DNA of 64,000 nt, from sequence record MK373786.1. The stretch is one strand, 5' to 3'. The notes beneath the pieces are model-generated. The model was not told the origin of the DNA, ran no database searches, and saw only the letters and a list, made by a program, of their open reading frames with translations. Origin of the DNA: Escherichia phage vB_EcoM_R5505. Every line of letters begins with the position of its first letter. The first letter of the stretch is position 1. A program made the position numbers and the translations under genes. Below are positions 19,440-28,182 of this stretch, piece after piece.

Positions 19440-21530
19440 TTATCCTTGAACGAACTTGTAAGGCATGTTTGTAATATCTATGCAAGACGCAATAATTCCA
19501 AGAGATGATTCTACTTTCTGTTTAACATTTGATGAAACAAATGATGCAAAGTCAACTCTATCTTCTATATCACCTGTCATTGCAACTACTTCGCCGGTTT
19601 CCATTAAACGGTCACCGTCATAAATTACCGATTCGGTGAGTTCTTCTGTGGTCATAACTTCAGCTTGAATGAGTTTTGTATTATTAGACGTGGTTCCGTC
19701 ATTATTAGAAGCATCAGTTATTTTATTAACTTTAACCATCAATCCGCGCGGTAGAATAACTTCAGCTTCTGTTGCTATTCCTAGACTTCCTGGATATACA
19801 ACATTAACTTTATGTGCGCCGTCAATTGCCCATCCTATTTGAACTTTAACGTATTCAGGATTTTCTTTATACGCTCTTATTTCGTTTGGATTAATAGTTA
19901 TTCCTTCTTCATTTTTATCAACTGTCAATTCATTACGAGCTTCTGGTTCTAAAAGACCAATACCAGCATGTGTAATTCCAAAACGCCCAAAAATGATAGG
20001 AGTTAAAGAAGTAGATACAAAATTTCTGAAATAGAACACTTTATTTTTAACTAGCGCTTCGTATATAGGAGCAGTCATACTTTGAGCACGATAAACTGTA
20101 ATGCCTTCCGGTATGCGGTCACCATTTTCAAAAGCTGAATCTAAATTATTTATAGCAGATTCAATTTCTTTTTCACTCATTACATCATATCGTTCTGGAT
20201 TGTAACGACCTAAAAGAAGATTATTGATGTCAGTATATCCTGAACCACAATACTCTCTAATGCCGCGCTTTTGTGATGGAGTATATTTAGAACCATCACG
20301 AGCAATAGTAATATCAATCATTGGACCTGCACCAATTCCGGAAAAGCTATAAATCATTCGTTTGAGGAATTTAGTTTTTGCTGCGTTCCAGGAATTTTTA
20401 GTTATTTCTTCCCAGACTTCATCTGGTTGCCCTTTACGAGTTTTATTATGTTTATCAAGCCAATTATCTTTATATTCTTCAAAGAATTTATTAATAGCTG
20501 CTGCGTATTTCTCTAAACATTTTATTGAAGTAGTTGGTTCATTTTTTATCGCGTTAAAAATTACATCTTTAATTTTTTCGGAAACTTCATCAACCTCACT
20601 TTTTGAAAAGAATTTATAGTCATAGTGAAGTTCATTCGCAGTTCCTTCGGCAATAATTTTTGCTGCCTTAGTTTTAGAAGCTAATGAATTAATTCCAAGC
20701 TTCATTTCTTCTGCTTCGGGAATTAAAGGAGCGGTAGCGGGTTTATTGAAATTAGCTGCGGTAGATTCATACTTCTGAAATAATTCACTTTCAAATCTAG
20801 AAGATTCCAATGACTGACTTTGTGCAATTGCTCTACGGGAAATTTTAACTTTAACGATTACAGCTTGATCAGAACGTTTATCATTTTCTTGCGCAATAGA
20901 TGCTGCAATTGCCTCATTTTTAGTTACTTGAGCTCCAGTATCTTTATTGATATAAACATCACCGACCTTCGATTCAACTTTAGTAAAGAGCTCGGTACTA
21001 ATTTCCGGAACCCCTGGAATGTCTTCTAGTGATACATTTTTGCGATGTATAAGAATATATGCATACTTTTTATCGTAATCCCAGAGTTCCTTAAGAAGGA
21101 CGTATCTGCCACCTGAACGACTACGGATAAGTCTATCAGCAATAACCTGAATTTGTCGAGCTTGACCAGCGGTTTTAGACTTAAGAATACGAAGCATACA
21201 GGCATCAATTTTATACTGACGCATTGTTTGCATTGCAACAGTAAAAACTGAATTGATATAATTAATTGGGCTTGAACCAAGACCTTTCAATTTAGCAATT
21301 GAACCTTTAGCAGTTAATGTAAAAGGAACAATATGCATCATTTTATCGCCCATCTTTAAATCGCGATTAGTATCACCTCCAGATGTATAGGTACATAAAC
21401 GAAAGCCTGGTTGTTCAATTGCATCATCAACATGAACTGAAAAAATTTGTGGTATTTTCTTCTTTGGGTTTAAGTTTGTAATCGGAAGAGTAGTATCTTC
21501 GTCAAATAATTCTGTAATGAGTTCCATCAT
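19440..21530 (-). CDS. alt: Alt, packaged NAD-protein ADP-ribosyltransferase
   Basis: 696-aa ORF; R-S-ExE signature (VYRAQ, FVSTSL, TEAEVILPRG); late promoter immediately upstream. Confidence 0.88.
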   Translation of the reverse strand: MMELITELFDEDTTLPITNLNPKKKIPQIFSVHVDDAIEQPGFRLCTYTSGGDTNRDLKMGDKMMHIVPFTLTAKGSIAKLKGLGSSPINYINSVFTVAMQTMRQYKIDACMLRILKSKTAGQARQIQVIADRLIRSRSGGRYVLLKELWDYDKKYAYILIHRKNVSLEDIPGVPEISTELFTKVESKVGDVYINKDTGAQVTKNEAIAASIAQENDKRSDQAVIVKVKISRRAIAQSQSLESSRFESELFQKYESTAANFNKPATAPLIPEAEEMKLGINSLASKTKAAKIIAEGTANELHYDYKFFSKSEVDEVSEKIKDVIFNAIKNEPTTSIKCLEKYAAAINKFFEEYKDNWLDKHNKTRKGQPDEVWEEITKNSWNAAKTKFLKRMIYSFSGIGAGPMIDITIARDGSKYTPSQKRGIREYCGSGYTDINNLLLGRYNPERYDVMSEKEIESAINNLDSAFENGDRIPEGITVYRAQSMTAPIYEALVKNKVFYFRNFVSTSLTPIIFGRFGITHAGIGLLEPEARNELTVDKNEEGITINPNEIRAYKENPEYVKVQIGWAIDGAHKVNVVYPGSLGIATEAEVILPRGLMVKVNKITDASNNDGTTSNNTKLIQAEVMTTEELTESVIYDGDRLMETGEVVAMTGDIEDRVDFASFVSSNVKQKVESSLGIIASCIDITNMPYKFVQG

Positions 21531-21550
21531 ATCCTCTCTAGTGTTTATTC

Positions 21551-21558
21551 TATTTATA
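21551..21558 (-). promoter_or_regulatory. Late promoter (TATAAATA on minus strand) for alt
   Basis: Plus-strand tatttata, i.e. TATAAATA on the minus strand, about 25 nt upstream of alt ATG. Confidence 0.7.
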
Positions 21559-21563
21559 AAATT

Positions 21564-21581
21564 AAAGGCCCGAAGGCCTTT
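21564..21581. terminator. Terminator hairpin between the gene 30 operon and alt
   Basis: aaaggcc-cgaa-ggccttt. Confidence 0.75.
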
Positions 21582-21768
21582 AATAATCTATTGGTAAGAG
21601 AGTACGATATATTTCAAACTTTGGACCTTTTTCATAAGCATCAAAAGTTTCTGTGAATTTATTATAAGCATATGCATCTATAAATTCAATCATGATTTGT
21701 GATACAGAAGTAGAAACATCTCCACCTTCTTTTTGAGCCACGACAATTGTTTCTAAGTAAGCTTTCAT
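21580..21768 (-). CDS. Small hypothetical protein translationally coupled to DNA ligase
   Basis: 62-aa ORF; ATGA start/stop overlap with gene 30. Confidence 0.5.
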   Translation of the reverse strand: MKAYLETIVVAQKEGGDVSTSVSQIMIEFIDAYAYNKFTETFDAYEKGPKFEIYRTLLPIDY

Positions 21769-23228
21769 AAACCAGTTACCTCATGAAAATCACCAAATAC
21801 ATCCTCGAATGTATTAGCTTTAGTTTTATCTTCACGCAAACGAATCGCAATTGGAAGAAATAATTTAACGTAATCAGTGCGGCCATCGGATTTTAACCAA
21901 CCGTTGCATTCGCACTCTAGAATTTTTCCAATATAATAATTTTGGTTTTCCATAATGCGAGTACGGTCAAGTTCATGTGATTTTACGCCGGCTTTATCTT
22001 TTAAGCCTGAACCGGCATTTACCTTAATTTTTCCACACTCTGACTCAAGAATAAATCCACCTGCTTTAGTAGGGTCTTTACGGTGAGGATAAATTCCTAC
22101 AATTTTTAAATCAACATCAATTACTTCTTTAAATTTATAGAGATTTTTTGAACGAGCATTTTCCCATAATCCATCGATATTTTTGAGAATAATACCTTCA
22201 AGACCTTGGTCAATATACTTTTTATAAATTACCTTAGCTTCATCTAGGTTATTTACTACTTGGTTTTCAATTAAAATTACTTTATCATATCCTGATGTCA
22301 TTTGTTCTAATTTAGAAAAACGTACATCATATTTTAAACGAAATGCTGGAAGACCGTATATTTCTACCAACGGAACATAATCCCAGACCTGAAACTTCAT
22401 GCATTGAGCTTCTTTTTCTGAAATAGTTCCCTTTAAAGATTTATTAGCGATTCCATTAGAAGTAGTACGTGATTCAGCTACTTCAGCAAACTCTTTAGCT
22501 TTACTAATTTCAGGATAAGCATCAAAAAGAAAATCTAGGCCTTCTGGCTCCTTTTTAACTTGCTCATGGTATACCAATTCGCCATCAATTAACACACCTT
22601 CTGGATGAATCTGGCGGGCTTCAGCGGTCATTTTGATTAACTCTTCCTTAAGAAGATCTAATCCTAGATATTCATTACCAGCTCGTGATAAAAGACGGAC
22701 ATCATCTAATTCATCACCTCTAACTTCAGCAAAACACCGAGCTCCATCTGCTTTTAATTGTGCAAAGGCTGGAAATTTGATATTCTTACTAATGCCTTTT
22801 TCATCATAAGAACTTGCGAGCATTTGAGGTTGTTCAGGAATTAAACCTGGCCAAACTTTGTTTGCAATAGATACTGAAGCACCACATTCAAGGTCTCGCA
22901 TCATCACTCGACGCAAAACTTCAACATCATCTTTTTTACCATCGGTGATATATCCAGATAATTCCTCAATTGCCGCATTTCCGGTCAATTTCCGAGTAGC
23001 TAACGTGAATTCAATGAAGTCAAGCATATCGGTAAGAGTCAACATTCCAAAACTCTGGGTAGCAATACCAGATTTAGGCCATTTCTTGATATAATACTGC
23101 AACCCACGAGAATAAGTCAGACGATATACTCGTTTAAGCAATTCATTATCTTTATTCTTTTCAAGAATTGCTTGCTTCTGCTTAGTTGAACCAATAGATG
23201 CTATTTCGTTCAGAATTTTAAGAATCAT
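21765..23228 (-). CDS. 30: ATP-dependent DNA ligase gp30
   Basis: 487-aa ORF; adenylation lysine motif (QLKADGARCF); N-terminus MILKILNEIASIGSTKQKQAILEKN. Confidence 0.97.
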   Translation of the reverse strand: MILKILNEIASIGSTKQKQAILEKNKDNELLKRVYRLTYSRGLQYYIKKWPKSGIATQSFGMLTLTDMLDFIEFTLATRKLTGNAAIEELSGYITDGKKDDVEVLRRVMMRDLECGASVSIANKVWPGLIPEQPQMLASSYDEKGISKNIKFPAFAQLKADGARCFAEVRGDELDDVRLLSRAGNEYLGLDLLKEELIKMTAEARQIHPEGVLIDGELVYHEQVKKEPEGLDFLFDAYPEISKAKEFAEVAESRTTSNGIANKSLKGTISEKEAQCMKFQVWDYVPLVEIYGLPAFRLKYDVRFSKLEQMTSGYDKVILIENQVVNNLDEAKVIYKKYIDQGLEGIILKNIDGLWENARSKNLYKFKEVIDVDLKIVGIYPHRKDPTKAGGFILESECGKIKVNAGSGLKDKAGVKSHELDRTRIMENQNYYIGKILECECNGWLKSDGRTDYVKLFLPIAIRLREDKTKANTFEDVFGDFHEVTGL

Positions 23229-23494
23229 TGTTCATCCTTTAGAGTTTGGTTTACAGCTCTATTATAAATCAATTCATCATTAAGCTCAGTCAAAGACCTA
23301 TGGTACGTGGTTCTAACTTTATTTCCTTGCATCCAGTGCTTGACGTAAATGAAACCTTGCTCTACACATTTTTTAAAAATTCGTTCGTCTTTTTGAGCTC
23401 GGAATTCTGGATTGCATCTAAAAAATTGATTTACGTGACCGTAATCACGTGTAGTATTACCTTCATTTTCATAAATAGTGTGAACAACAAACAT
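23225..23494 (-). CDS. Hypothetical protein (T4 30.1 position)
   Basis: 89-aa ORF coupled on both sides. Confidence 0.7.
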   Translation of the reverse strand: MFVVHTIYENEGNTTRDYGHVNQFFRCNPEFRAQKDERIFKKCVEQGFIYVKHWMQGNKVRTTYHRSLTELNDELIYNRAVNQTLKDEQ

Positions 23495-24330
23495 TAGAAT
23501 GCTCCTTGGAAAATATTATCACCACTAGTAGGTCTATTATACAAATACTCTATGCCACCAGGTTTAATATAGTTCCATGTCTGAAACGGATGTGTCTGAT
23601 ATAGATGATATGGATTATAAGGATTAAATCCAGGAGTTCTCCAGGTAGTGTTCCAACGAAAAGAATCATTTTTAATCATCTTTTCAATTACATCTTTTAT
23701 AGCTTTTTCACTATCAAAACTTTCTTTATTTTCCTTTGGTGAAAAAAGCTTATTCTCTACATCGTTCCATGTATAAACTCGCTGAGCGGTTTTTGGAATA
23801 CTGTCACGTTCCCCTCGAGCCATCCAATACACAGGAACACGTAATATTTCACTCGCATGATCGCAGTGGTGAGCGAGATCGTCAATATAACAAATTACGT
23901 TATATTTCTCTTTTGCCTTTTTGAACAACTCTTCTTTTGAAGAATCATGACCACACATCATTACTTCTGAGAAGGCACCAGGAAAAAGAGCATTCAAATT
24001 AAATTGACGATTCAACAGAGCGTCAATAGAATCACCCAATGCTGTAACAGCTACAAAATTATAATCTTCTTTTAATTTGTTAATTACACACAGGGCATCT
24101 TTATATGGAGACAAGTAACGAATAAAATCTGAACGATTGTATTTTTCAATTAGCTTAACGCCAAGCTCTTCATCGCAATTAAATAGTTTACCTGGAGAGA
24201 TAAATTTCTCATCTTGGATCATTTTTAAAATATGTTCCAACGGAAGATTATATTTCTGAGCAAAATAAGGAAGACCTGATTGCCAGCTTAAACATACTCC
24301 ATCAATATCAGTTAAAATAGTAGGCTTCAT
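23494..24330 (-). CDS. HAD-superfamily phosphatase-like protein (T4 30.2 position)
   Basis: 278-aa ORF; HAD motif I DIDGV near the N-terminus and DD motif (YIDDLAHH); about 100-aa C-terminal extension. Confidence 0.75.
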   Translation of the reverse strand: MKPTILTDIDGVCLSWQSGLPYFAQKYNLPLEHILKMIQDEKFISPGKLFNCDEELGVKLIEKYNRSDFIRYLSPYKDALCVINKLKEDYNFVAVTALGDSIDALLNRQFNLNALFPGAFSEVMMCGHDSSKEELFKKAKEKYNVICYIDDLAHHCDHASEILRVPVYWMARGERDSIPKTAQRVYTWNDVENKLFSPKENKESFDSEKAIKDVIEKMIKNDSFRWNTTWRTPGFNPYNPYHLYQTHPFQTWNYIKPGGIEYLYNRPTSGDNIFQGAF

Positions 24331-24791
24331 AGAGAGTCTCTTAATAGGTTTAACACATCAATAAATTCAGCTTCGGTTAGTATTGTATCATCTTTTGTTA
24401 GACCACTAGCCATGCTGTGCTTCAAAACTTTTCCTTTCGAGGCTTGTAATGCATCACGAAAGCCCTTGTTTTGGATCGCTGCTTCAAAATATGCATTTGT
24501 GTATAATTCTTTCCACGCCGGGGAGTATCTTGAAAACGGAACTCCAATCCAGAAGAGGGTCCCACGGTCCTGAGCTCTAGCATAAGACCTTCCAGCTTGT
24601 TGGGCGGCAAGCCCGGATAACCCAAATATACGACGTTGTTGTTCAACATTTTTCACCTTACACCCTTGGAGGAATCCTTCAAGACCTCCAAATTGAATAC
24701 CATCCATAACGAAAGGCCATTGGGCGAAATTACTTAATGCGCATGATGGCCATCTAAAATTACTTCTAATCTCTAACTCAGACATTTTCAA
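24327..24791 (-). CDS. YbiA/NADAR-like (DUF1768) putative N-glycosidase/ADP-ribose-processing protein (T4 30.3 position)
   Basis: 154-aa ORF; LSNFAQWPFVMDGIQF...LEGFLQ resembles the E. coli YbiA core (FSNFAAWPIKVDGKTW...SEHYFQ) as I recall it. Confidence 0.7.
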   Translation of the reverse strand: MKMSELEIRSNFRWPSCALSNFAQWPFVMDGIQFGGLEGFLQGCKVKNVEQQRRIFGLSGLAAQQAGRSYARAQDRGTLFWIGVPFSRYSPAWKELYTNAYFEAAIQNKGFRDALQASKGKVLKHSMASGLTKDDTILTEAEFIDVLNLLRDSL

Positions 24792-24984
24792 TGCTTATAA
24801 TTTCAACATCAGCCCAATGACCATAGCAAGGAAGACGAAATTCAACTGGCCAGTTAGGGTCCTTTTCTAATATAATAGACTTAACTTGTGGTTCTTCGTG
24901 TTCATCAGTATACGGATTTTTATCTGTTACTTTATATGTGACCTTAATGTACTGAATTCCAAAAATCTTATTAATTATATTCAT
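24778..24984 (-). CDS. Hypothetical protein
   Basis: 68-aa ORF in a coupled early-gene array. Confidence 0.6.
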   Translation of the reverse strand: MNIINKIFGIQYIKVTYKVTDKNPYTDEHEEPQVKSIILEKDPNWPVEFRLPCYGHWADVEIISIENV

Positions 24985-25178
24985 ACTAATTCCTTTAATC
25001 CGTAGATAGGAGATAATTCATCACCCATACGAAGGTCTTCATTTCCATCTACCCAGGAAACAATATAAGCCTCTTTTATTTGAATACCACTCCATTTAAA
25101 TGGAGGTAGAACCTTAGAAATTAATCCAGGTATACCAACTCCCTTTAATTCAACGGTTTGACCTAAAAAGAATTTCAT
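24981..25178 (-). CDS. Hypothetical protein
   Basis: 65-aa ORF, coupled. Confidence 0.6.
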   Translation of the reverse strand: MKFFLGQTVELKGVGIPGLISKVLPPFKWSGIQIKEAYIVSWVDGNEDLRMGDELSPIYGLKELV

Positions 25179-25465
25179 TAAAACCTCATCTGAAAACCAT
25201 GCGATTTAACGTTACCACCGCCAATATCAGAAATATTAATTTCACGCGCAATTGAAGGGTCAATGTCAATTTCACGATTGAGTTTAGTGATAGCTAAAGT
25301 ATCGCGCCCATTTACAGTACGGAACTCTAAAGGACAAACCACATCAACGTAGTTTTTAATCGATTCACTAGTAGGCTGCAAATGAGCAGGAAGGTCTTTA
25401 GGCGCCTTTGAGAAAACCACTTCACAGAAATTTTTGCGGGTATCAAAATAAGTAGTCATAAACAT
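25178..25465 (-). CDS. Hypothetical protein
   Basis: 95-aa ORF, coupled. Confidence 0.65.
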   Translation of the reverse strand: MFMTTYFDTRKNFCEVVFSKAPKDLPAHLQPTSESIKNYVDVVCPLEFRTVNGRDTLAITKLNREIDIDPSIAREINISDIGGGNVKSHGFQMRF

Positions 25466-25481
25466 AATATTTTCCTCAGTA

Positions 25482-25497
25482 AGGGGCCGAAGCCCCT
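25482..25497. terminator. Hairpin aggggcc-gaag-cccct
   Basis: GC stem with GAAG loop between two minus-strand ORFs. Confidence 0.6.
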
Positions 25498-25507
25498 CAT
25501 TTTATTT

Positions 25508-25885
25508 TTAAATATCAAATTCGTTAAGAACTACATCAAAGATTGCTTCCAAGTGCTCAGGTTTAGCTTTGTTACTCAGAATATGACGAATCCAAGTTTT
25601 AACTAAGAGTTTACGATTAGCACCATTCCAGCAAGGATGAGTCCCTAAATCGCGTTGGCGGAAATCATCATCCAGAGCGATTTTGAAGTTGGAACCTTTC
25701 ATCGTGATTGAAACCGTGATACCGTTTTCAAATCGCATATAAACGTAGTTAGGAGTCATATACTGTTCAATTTCGCATACTGATCCGTTTTGATGTTTCC
25801 AGAGGCAAATAGTATCAATAGAACCTGCAATACCATTAGAAACATATTTACGTTCAAAGTTGATGTAGTTCATTTTATTCTCCAA
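25508..25885 (-). CDS. Hypothetical protein
   Basis: 125-aa ORF. Confidence 0.7.
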   Translation of the reverse strand: MENKMNYINFERKYVSNGIAGSIDTICLWKHQNGSVCEIEQYMTPNYVYMRFENGITVSITMKGSNFKIALDDDFRQRDLGTHPCWNGANRKLLVKTWIRHILSNKAKPEHLEAIFDVVLNEFDI

Positions 25886-25940
25886 GATGTTTAATTGCGG
25901 TACAGGTATATAATATCATATCCTGTACCAAAGTAAACAA

Positions 25941-26273
25941 TTATTTTACTACTTTCCAATGCTGCATGTCAAGTTTACCAACTTTTTTCATCTTCTCAAT
26001 TAAGCGTTCTGCACGTTGGCGAGCTGTAACATAATGCCATTCGCCTAATTCATTTTGTTCAATTTTTCCAACGATTACTGTATTCAATTCATAAATCCAA
26101 CCAGTAAAGAAATTATGAACTTGAATTGTAAAGGTGAAATCTGTTCCCATACCTTCTGTTGTTTCTACTTCAATAATATCACCTTCAACTGCCATTAAGA
26201 ACCACATAGTTTCATTATATTTACCATTGAAGCATTTAGTTTTAACTGCAGCGTTCAGATTAATCGTTTTCAT
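25941..26273 (-). CDS. Hypothetical protein
   Basis: 110-aa ORF preceded by an early promoter. Confidence 0.7.
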   Translation of the reverse strand: MKTINLNAAVKTKCFNGKYNETMWFLMAVEGDIIEVETTEGMGTDFTFTIQVHNFFTGWIYELNTVIVGKIEQNELGEWHYVTARQRAERLIEKMKKVGKLDMQHWKVVK

Positions 26274-26300
26274 TTTATTCTCCTTTGTTTGTGTAAGATA

Positions 26301-26330
26301 ATACTATCACAAAGGAACTATACTGTAAAC
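26301..26330 (-). promoter_or_regulatory. Early promoter (GTTTACA-N17/18-TAGTAT)
   Basis: On the minus strand GTTTACAgtatagttcctttgtgaTAGTAT upstream of ORF 25941-26273. Confidence 0.6.
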
Positions 26331-26360
26331 AACTTTATGCAATCTTTGGAAAATAAAAAA

Positions 26361-26378
26361 GGACTCCCGAAGGAGTCC
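26361..26378. terminator. Hairpin ggactcc-cgaa-ggagtcc
   Basis: 9-bp GC-rich stem flanked by A-run and T-run. Confidence 0.7.
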
Positions 26379-26383
26379 TCAAC

Positions 26384-26560
26384 TTATGCTTTCTGCTTAC
26401 CAAAACGAGAAGCATCATCTCGAAGAACCGCACGTGCTCGGCGCATGATCTTCTCAACAGTTTGATTGATACGAGAGTTCGACCCACGCTTGTAACCAGC
26501 GCGTTTAGAATCACCAACTTTCTTTTCAACTGCTTTCTTTGCTTTAACTTGTTTTGCCAT
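26384..26560 (-). CDS. Small highly basic protein, possible nucleic-acid binder
   Basis: 58 aa from MAKQVKAKKAVEKK (AAAGAGAA Shine-Dalgarno); the track ORF extends to 26602 with a weaker start. Confidence 0.55.
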   Translation of the reverse strand: MAKQVKAKKAVEKKVGDSKRAGYKRGSNSRINQTVEKIMRRARAVLRDDASRFGKQKA

Positions 26561-26848
26561 TATAAATTCTCTTTTAAATGAAAATGCAGGACTTATTGAC
26601 ATTGCCTGCGCAAGCCCTCAAGGGGAACATAGGTTTTTGGATATTTAACGACCAGGATAACCATAAACCCGTCATCATACCACCAAGACTTATACAGATA
26701 ACACTTTTCTGACGCATGATAGTAACATTCAAGAGGTACACCGTAAAACTGTCGGGGTCTTAAAACTATAATGATTCGCAAATCATTAATCAGACAGTTC
26801 GACGGCTCCTCGATTTAGCTCACACTAAGGCAGTGAATCTCCAATAAA

Positions 26849-27097
26849 TTACTTCAATGTTACCACAAAGTGACGAACTGCTTTTCGTGCAGCAGAAGCC
26901 AAAGGCTTAGCATATTTAAGTTCATCTTTTTCCTGAAGCTCAGCAGCTAATGCAGTTTGAGCGGGATTCAGATGTTTGAAATAACGCAGGATTTCAAGAG
27001 CTTCGGCTTCAACATCAATAGATGCGCCATAGTTTTCGTGACCATTATTCCATGCGTTTCGTTGCAGTTCAAGAGCGTGTTGTAATTGTTTAATCAT
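26849..27097 (-). CDS. rIII: rIII lysis-inhibition accessory protein
   Basis: 82-aa ORF at the expected position between the gene 30 cluster and gene 31. Confidence 0.85.
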   Translation of the reverse strand: MIKQLQHALELQRNAWNNGHENYGASIDVEAEALEILRYFKHLNPAQTALAAELQEKDELKYAKPLASAARKAVRHFVVTLK

Positions 27098-27236
27098 TTA
27101 AAAATTCTCGTTAGAGATTAAAACTCGGTAGTCACGTTCTTCTGAATTTCATCTTCTTTCGACAGATCTCTCAGTTGTAGACTACCACATAGAATTGTTC
27201 GGTTAACTTATTATTCCGACACCCAATTCATATTAT

Positions 27237-27244
27237 TATTTATA
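27237..27244 (-). promoter_or_regulatory. Late promoter (TATAAATA on minus strand) upstream of rIII
   Basis: Plus-strand tatttata; about 140 nt upstream of rIII ATG. Confidence 0.5.
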
Positions 27245-27580
27245 TCACTTATAAAGACACGGAATAGCTTTATAGTGACAGGTAACAAATTTTTGTTTAA
27301 TTTCTTTTGGCTGCTTAAGACCCAGAGCTACAAAAGGATGCGGAACATTTCGAATTTGACCAACTGGAAGAGAAGTCAAATCACCAACTTCGCAGAAACC
27401 TTCAGGAACATCAGGACCGACAGAGTGAACTACACACAGTTCAGGAACTTCACCTTGAACACGTTTACCGATAATAAGTCCTGATTCTGTAACTTCTTCA
27501 TCACCGGCTTGTGCAGGTTCAGAAACTAAAATAACATATTCACCGACAGCACGAATTGGTAGCTGTTGTACTTCAGACAT
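27245..27580 (-). CDS. 31: Co-chaperonin gp31 (GroES analogue)
   Basis: 111-aa ORF, N-terminus [22 protein letters not shown]. Confidence 0.95.
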
Positions 27581-27636
27581 CGTTTTTCCTTTTTGTTAAC
27601 AGATGAATTAATAATAACAAATAATTCTTAAAGCAT

Positions 27637-27945
27637 TTATTTACCAATAAATTGAAGCAAATGCTCAACTTTCATACCATTAACAGAAATCAATTTGTCA
27701 ATAGAAAAACCTCGCCATGCACCAAGCTCAACATCAAATACTGGAATCATGTCAGTAGATTCTTTCCGAGTAGATTCAGTCAATTTACCAGTTTGCATGG
27801 TTGGCATAAAGTCTGCATCACGAGTACCTTTCATAGTACGAATAGTACCATCAGACTTTTCAAAAACTACGTTTGAAACACCCATGGACAATTTAGTTTT
27901 CAAAATTTCACGAATTGCTACTTTCTGCTCAGTTGTCAGTTTCAT
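27637..27945 (-). CDS. Hypothetical protein (T4 31.1 position)
   Basis: 102-aa ORF. Confidence 0.7.
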   Translation of the reverse strand: MKLTTEQKVAIREILKTKLSMGVSNVVFEKSDGTIRTMKGTRDADFMPTMQTGKLTESTRKESTDMIPVFDVELGAWRGFSIDKLISVNGMKVEHLLQFIGK

Positions 27946-28182
27946 TTATTTACCTATTACAGTTTTAATATGAGTTGTTCCACGTTCTTTAAGGGTGGAA
28001 AGTAATTTTTGGCATTTTTCTAAATCAGATTTCCAACTATATGGTCTATCAATACTAGTCCAATCAGTTTTATAATACTGTTTCCATTTAGAGAAAAAAT
28101 ATTTCTTATACTCTACAGCAAATGAGATGTTCTCGTTAGAATAAGAACTAATTGCTGTGAGCTTTACCAAACGAAATTTCAT
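27946..28182 (-). CDS. Hypothetical protein (T4 31.2 position)
   Basis: 78-aa ORF abutting the cd start. Confidence 0.65.
   Translation of the reverse strand: MKFRLVKLTAISSYSNENISFAVEYKKYFFSKWKQYYKTDWTSIDRPYSWKSDLEKCQKLLSTLKERGTTHIKTVIGK

Noticed and set aside
26593-26781. 62-aa ORF in the rIII-proximal non-coding island
   Set aside because: TTG start, no Shine-Dalgarno, and the only ATG nearby gives a 6-codon frame; the region is treated as non-coding.
26603-26848. tRNA gene in the non-coding island
   Set aside because: No cloverleaf with acceptor stem and conserved T-loop GTTC could be drawn by eye; a covariance-model scan would be needed to be sure.
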